The notes below the pieces were generated by a model. It saw only the letters and a list, made by a program, of their open reading frames with translations, had not been told where the DNA came from and made no database searches. Positions 58,874 through 64,000 of a stretch of 64,000 bases of DNA are shown piece after piece. Within the stretch, counting starts at the first letter, position 1; every line of letters starts with the position of its first letter. This DNA is from an uncultured delta proteobacterium (GTDB taxonomy: Bacteria > Desulfobacterota > RBG-13-43-22), in contig CAVQFQ010000016.1 in NCBI GenBank assembly GCA_963711835.1, positions 86,359 through 150,358 of the forward strand, read 5' to 3'. A program made the position numbers and the translations under genes.

Positions 58874-59550
58874 CCCGGCCCGCTTTCGATCCGGCCGTCC
58901 CGCACATGAACCACCCGGTCCGCCACCGGGGACTCGTACACCAAGGGATCGTGGCTCGACAGGATCAATGTTTTCCCATCCTCCTTCAACTTCTGGAGAA
59001 TATCCATGAATTCCCTGGAATGGGTGGTATCGAGGTGGGCCGTGGGTTCATCGGCAATAATGATCGAGGGATTGTTGATCATGGCCCGGGCGATGGTCAC
59101 CCGCTGGGCCTCCCCACCGGAGAGCCATTCGACTTTGGACTGGGCCTTGGGGGCGATGTGCAACAGTTCAAAAAGCCGCATTCCCCTTTTTTTTATGGAA
59201 GCATAAGGCTCTCCCAGGGGAAAGGCCGGCAGCAGGGCGTTTTCCAGGGCGGTGATGCCTTTGATGAGATTCGGCTGCTGAAAGATGAAACCGAAGGTTT
59301 TTCTCCGGATCTCGGTCAGGAAGCGCTCCGGAAGGCTGGTAATCTCCCGGTCCTGAAGCCAGATCCGGCCCTCGGTCGGCCGGGTCATGCAGCCGATCAG
59401 GCTCAAAAGGGTCGTCTTGCCCGATCCGCTGGGGCCTTTCAAAACGGTGGCCTTTCGGTCCTCCAGGGACAGACTGACCCCCTGGATGGCGGCAAATTCA
59501 TTGGGCTTGCCGGCATTGAAGACTTTTTTTATTTCGACCAGCTTGATCAT
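58870..59550 (-). CDS. ABC transporter ATP-binding protein
   Basis: GPSGSGKTT, LSGGEAQR, ADEPT, SSHD. Confidence 0.93.
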   Translation of the reverse strand: MIKLVEIKKVFNAGKPNEFAAIQGVSLSLEDRKATVLKGPSGSGKTTLLSLIGCMTRPTEGRIWLQDREITSLPERFLTEIRRKTFGFIFQQPNLIKGITALENALLPAFPLGEPYASIKKRGMRLFELLHIAPKAQSKVEWLSGGEAQRVTIARAMINNPSIIIADEPTAHLDTTHSREFMDILQKLKEDGKTLILSSHDPLVYESPVADRVVHVRDGRIESGPG

Positions 59551-59560
59551 TTCCGGGAGT

Positions 59561-60694
59561 TTACCTCATGACGAAATCCGGATCCACGATCGCCGCCCTC
59601 CAGGAGGGTATGATCGTGGCCACCGTGTAGGGAACGACCACCAGGAAAAACAAGGCCGCCACCTGCGAGCCGTCGATAAAAGGAGTAATCGAAAATTGAG
59701 GATAGAGAACGGCCCAGCCCTTCAGCACCGGCTCAAAAAGGACGGTGGAGGTCAGGAACACATGGGCATAGGCCAGCAGGATTCCCGGTAGGAAGGAGGA
59801 AAGAGAGACCGCCAGCCCTTCCCAGAATTTCATCAGGATCACGTCCGAGGTCTCCCAGCCGATGGCCTTGAGGATACCGATCTCCCGCCGTTCTTCCATG
59901 CTCGGTCCCGAGGCTTTGTCCCAGGCAAAGATAATGAAGGCCAGCACACTTCCGGCCAGGATGGCGATCAGGATGCCGCCGCGCCAACTGAAAACGGCCT
60001 CATAGGTCCTCAGAATTTCCTCCCTCAGGATCTGCCGGGTGTCGGGAAAGGTCTCCGCCACCTTTAAGGCAATAGTCGGGAGCTCTTTGGGGTTCCTGAC
60101 CCGGATCGCCAGATCGGTCGCATATTCTTCGGGGAGGCCGAAAAGCCCCCGAAAGTCCTCCTCGGTGATCAGGATCAGGTCCGAAGATATCAGTCCCACC
60201 TCCGACGGAAAAATCTTGGCAACCTTGAACTCCCGGATGACCCCTTCATGCGTCCTGAATTCGATCTCGTCTCCCGGCGAAGCCAGCCTCAGCCTTGAGA
60301 TGCCTTCGCCGATGGCAATGCTTCCCGGAACCACCTCCGGGTCTTCCGATACCAGAAGGGTGTAATTGGCCCCCACGATCGGGTCGTAGTAATACCCCCA
60401 CAACCGCTCCCGGGCCGATTGGACCCCCCGGATCTTTTTTATTTTTTCAAGGTAGCTTTTCGGGATCAGGTCATGCCGGCCCGCGACCAGCCTCTGGACG
60501 ATCATTTCGGGCGCTTCCCTGAGCAGAAGCGAGGCTTCTCTTTGGATGGAGCGCGTAAAAAATACCACCGAGGCCAGCAGGAATACGATCAGGGTGTAGA
60601 CCAGGACCAGGGCCGCATTCTTCCTTTTCCTTCGGAGCAGCGAGGCCAGGGTGAAGTCGAGGATATTTTTCTGACGTTCAATCCAGGGGCGCAT
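59561..60694 (-). CDS. FtsX-like ABC permease
   Basis: ERREIGILKAIGW; 1+3 TM topology. Confidence 0.88.
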   Translation of the reverse strand: MRPWIERQKNILDFTLASLLRRKRKNAALVLVYTLIVFLLASVVFFTRSIQREASLLLREAPEMIVQRLVAGRHDLIPKSYLEKIKKIRGVQSARERLWGYYYDPIVGANYTLLVSEDPEVVPGSIAIGEGISRLRLASPGDEIEFRTHEGVIREFKVAKIFPSEVGLISSDLILITEEDFRGLFGLPEEYATDLAIRVRNPKELPTIALKVAETFPDTRQILREEILRTYEAVFSWRGGILIAILAGSVLAFIIFAWDKASGPSMEERREIGILKAIGWETSDVILMKFWEGLAVSLSSFLPGILLAYAHVFLTSTVLFEPVLKGWAVLYPQFSITPFIDGSQVAALFFLVVVPYTVATIIPSWRAAIVDPDFVMR

Positions 60695-60986
60695 AGGGTT
60701 TTTTGAGCATAGGGGGAGGGATCATCAGGGACCCTGACGGGAAATGTTCCAGCGACAGGGGAGAATCCTGAAAAGGGGCATGAAGATCCGCCTGAGTGGG
60801 ATGCCGGGTGTAGCGAGCTTCGGTAAAGAGGCAGAGATCGGTCAGGCCGTGGCGCCTGACCAGATCGATTTTCCCCTGAAGCGCTGCAGCCCCGGCCTTG
60901 GTATTGAAGGATGCCTGAAGAAATACCAGACCGAGCAACAGGAGCAGGGAGAGAGTGTATAGAAGGAACAGGCTTGATTTTCGCAT
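60678..60986 (-). CDS. Small membrane-anchored hypothetical protein
   Basis: N-terminal TM, GLTDL.LFTEARYTRH, FQD.P...EHFPSGS; overlaps the permease start. Confidence 0.7.
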   Translation of the reverse strand: MRKSSLFLLYTLSLLLLLGLVFLQASFNTKAGAAALQGKIDLVRRHGLTDLCLFTEARYTRHPTQADLHAPFQDSPLSLEHFPSGSLMIPPPMLKKPYAPLD

Positions 60987-61077
60987 GAGGCTGGTTTTTC
61001 CCTTAAATACATAATATAATGCTTAAATTGAAAAATTCAAAAAAACTTTTTATTAACCCCCCGAGAACCTGAACCCG

Positions 61078-61474
61078 ATGAACCGATTCATCCCCTTCTT
61101 CCTGATCCTTTTTTCCCTCGTCGCCGTCTCTCCCGTCCGGGCCGGGGACCTCCGGATGGCCAATAGACACGGCGCCTATGGTGTTGAGATCGCCATCAAC
61201 CGGAACCCCCCCATCGTGGGCGACAACCGGATCGAAATCTACCATCACGGACGGGAATGGTCGCCGGGTTTCGGAAGCCCAGCTCCTGGTCAACTATTAT
61301 ATGCCGCCCATGCCGCGCATGGCCCCCATGAACACCACCATCCCGGCCAAATTAAAGGGGGACACCTACCAGGCCATCATGCATCTGATCATGGACGGAC
61401 CCTGGATCATCGCCCTGAAAATAACCCTGGGAGGAAAGATGTCCACCAGTAAATTCCATATCAATGCCCGTTGA
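61078..61474 (+). CDS. FixH/YtkA-like periplasmic protein, +1 frameshift at ~61240
   Basis: Signal peptide + NPPIVGDN in ORF 61078; ITDGNG..V...YYMPPMPRMAPM...MDGPW in ORF ending 61474. Confidence 0.75.
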
Positions 61475-61544
61475 GGCCAGGCCGGGACAATCCCTCCGAA
61501 GCCAACTTCCCCAGGCACTAACCTGATTATTCACCGTCCGCTTC

Positions 61545-64000
61545 CTAAGCAGGGGAGGTAGGTTCGAGCTGTTTTTTTAGGTCAAAATTCCATTTCCAGA
61601 TCTGATAGATGGCCGGATAGACCAGAAGCTCCAGTAGAAAAGAAGTAAAGATGCCGCCCACCATAGGTGCAGCGATGCGCTTCATCACATCGGCGCCGGT
61701 TCCCATGGACCACATGATCGGAATGAGGCCGAAGAACATGGTGGCCGTGGTCATGAATTTAGGCCGCAGCCGCTTGACCGCCCCGTAGCGGATGGCCTCC
61801 TGCAGGTCGGTTAGACTCCGCAGGCGCCCCTCTTTCTTGGCCTCCTCATAGGCCAGGTCGAGGTAGAGGAGCATAAAGACGCCGGTCTCGGCGTCCACCC
61901 CCAAAAGGGCGATCAGCCCTACCCAGACCCCGATGCTCAGGTTATACCCAAGCAGGTAGAGGAACCAGAAGGCCCCGATGGCCGAAAAAGGCACGGCCAG
62001 AACGATTATCAGGGTCTTGGTCAGGGACCGGGTATTGAGGTAAAGGAGAAAAAGGATCAGAAACAGCGTGAGCGGTACGACCCAAACCAGCTTCTCCTTG
62101 ACCCGCTGCAGGGCCTCGTACTGGCCGCTCCAGGAAATGGCGTAGCCCGGCGGCAGCTTCACCTTTTCCTTTAGCAGTCGCCCGGCCTCGGCAATGTAGC
62201 TTTCCTGGTCCCGGCCGGCGACATCCAGATAGACGTAACCGGCCAGCAGGCCGTCTTCATCGCGGATCATGGAAGGCCCTTCAGTCACGCTGATGCGGGC
62301 CAACTGGGAGACCGGGATCTGTTTCTGCCCCCCGGCCACCGGGACCAGCACCCTGCCCAGGGCCCCCAGATCGCCTCGGAAATCACGCTGGTAGCGGACA
62401 TTTACTGCATACCGTTCCCGGCCTTCCACCGTGGTGGTCACATTTTCCCCGCCGATGGCCCGCTGAACCACGCCCTGGGCCTCCTCAATGCTTAAGCCGT
62501 ACCGGGACAGGGCCTCCCGGTCCCATTCGAAATCCAGAAAGTAGCCGCTGCCGGTACGTTCGGCAAAGACGCTGCGGGTCCCCTGGACCGGCGTCAGGAC
62601 CGACTCCACCCGGGCCCCGATCTCCTCGATGGTGTCCAGATCCGCCCCGGAGATCTTGAGACCCAGGGGGGTCTTCAGCCCGGTGCTCAACATCTCGATC
62701 CGGCCCTTGATCGGCATGGTCCAGGAGTTGGCCAGGCCGGTAATCTTCAGGGCTTCGTTCATCCGGCTGATCAGCTCTTCCTGAGAGATGTGATCCGGTG
62801 TGATGCGGCGGAAGACGGCCTTGGCCCAGTCCGGCGCCCAGCCCGAATACCAGGTTTCGGCTCTTCCGCCACTGGGCCTTGGGCTTGAGGGTGATGACCG
62901 TCTCCAGCATGGAGAGCGGCGCCGGGTCCGTAGAGGTCTCGGCCCGGCCGGCCTTGCCCAGGACGCGGTCCACTTCCGGAAACTGTTTGATGATCCGGTC
63001 GGTGACCTGAAGCAGTCTTCTGGGCCTCGGTAATGGAAATCCCCGGCATGGTGGTGGGCATGTAGAGGATGGAGCCCTCCTCCAGCGGAGGCATGAACTC
63101 CGAGCCCAGCTTAAAATAGACGGGAACGGTGGCCAGGACCATTAACAGAGCAGCAATGATTACCCACCACTTCCGCCGCAGCGTCCAGGCCGATACCGGT
63201 TCATAGACCCGCATCAAGGCCCGGCTGATGGGGTGTTTCTCTTCGGAGTGGATGGACCCGACGCAGACATTATTGACCAGCTTGCACAAGCCGAGTGGCC
63301 GGAAGTTGAAATCCTTCAGCCGGATGAAGAGCAGCCGCAAGGCCGGGTCCAGGGTAATGGCCAGTATCGCGGCGATGATCATGGCGAAGGTCTTAGTATA
63401 GGCCAGGGGCTTGAACAGCCGCCCTTCCTGGGCCTCCAGGGTCAGCACCGGGAGGAAGGAAACGGCCAGCACCAGCAGGGCAAAAAAACTGGGGCCGGCC
63501 ACCTGCTTGATCGCCTGGATGATGGCCTCCCGGTAATCCCCCTGCCGGCCGGTCCGATCCCATTGCTCCAGTCTTTTGTGCGTTTGTTCGACCACTACGA
63601 TGGCCGCATCCACCAGGGCCCCGATGGCAATGGCGATGCCTCCCAGGGACATGATATTGGCGCTTATTCCCAGGAGACGAAAAGGGATAAAGGACAAAAG
63701 GATGGCTACGGGAATGGTGATCAAGGGAATCAGGGCGCTGGGGATATGCCAGAGAAAGAGCAGGACCACCAGGGCCACGGTGACCATCACCTCAATCAGG
63801 GTGGACTCCAGGTTGTCTATGGCACGAAGAATCAGATCGGAGCGGTCGTACACCGGAACGATCTTTACTCCGGCCGGCAGGCCGGGCTCGATCTCCTTGA
63901 TTTTGGCCTTGACCCGATTGATGACCTCCAGGGCGTTCTGCCCTTGCCGCATGACCACGATTCCGGAGACCACCTCCCCTTCCCCGTCCAGGTCGGCAAT
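61545..64000 (-). CDS. cusA: CusA/CzcA heavy-metal RND permease, 5'-partial, +1 frameshifts at ~63016 and ~62862
   Basis: [69 protein letters not shown]. Confidence 0.92.

Overview
A gene-dense bacterial window. Gene content and intergenic repeats suggest an anaerobic deltaproteobacterium (Desulfobacterota-like); this is inference. Left to right: a radical SAM / ATP-grasp group divergent from a FabG-ACP-thioesterase-Lol-like ABC operon, which is split by an opposite-strand four-gene cassette (Tat-signal protein with a RiPP-leader-like motif, PF14907-type nucleotidyltransferase, PqqD/RRE protein, HPr-kinase-like kinase). Then come dnaJ at the end of a GldA/F/G-like ABC operon, XdhC, DUF362, fabH, a Ser/Thr kinase-phosphoesterase pair, ychF and a core MetE-like methyltransferase. 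A nitrogen module follows: a GAF-ANTAR gene and a clear ANTAR dual-hairpin/terminator leader before an FMN glutamate synthase. After it are a histone H1-like gene with tandem NrdR-like boxes, housekeeping genes (amrS, ilvD, PPIase, acyl-CoA ligases, nadE), a two-component block, a large FN3-bearing multicopper oxidase and a copper/metal export block ending in a partial cusA. Three copies of a ~300-330 bp MITE (two with 8-bp target duplications) carry an internal segment that occurs in both orientations. Six +1 frameshifts are probably assembly errors. No rRNA, tRNA or CRISPR was seen. Best candidate for a new system: the RRE/kinase/nucleotidyltransferase cassette with its adjacent Tat-exported putative substrate (8360-11371).
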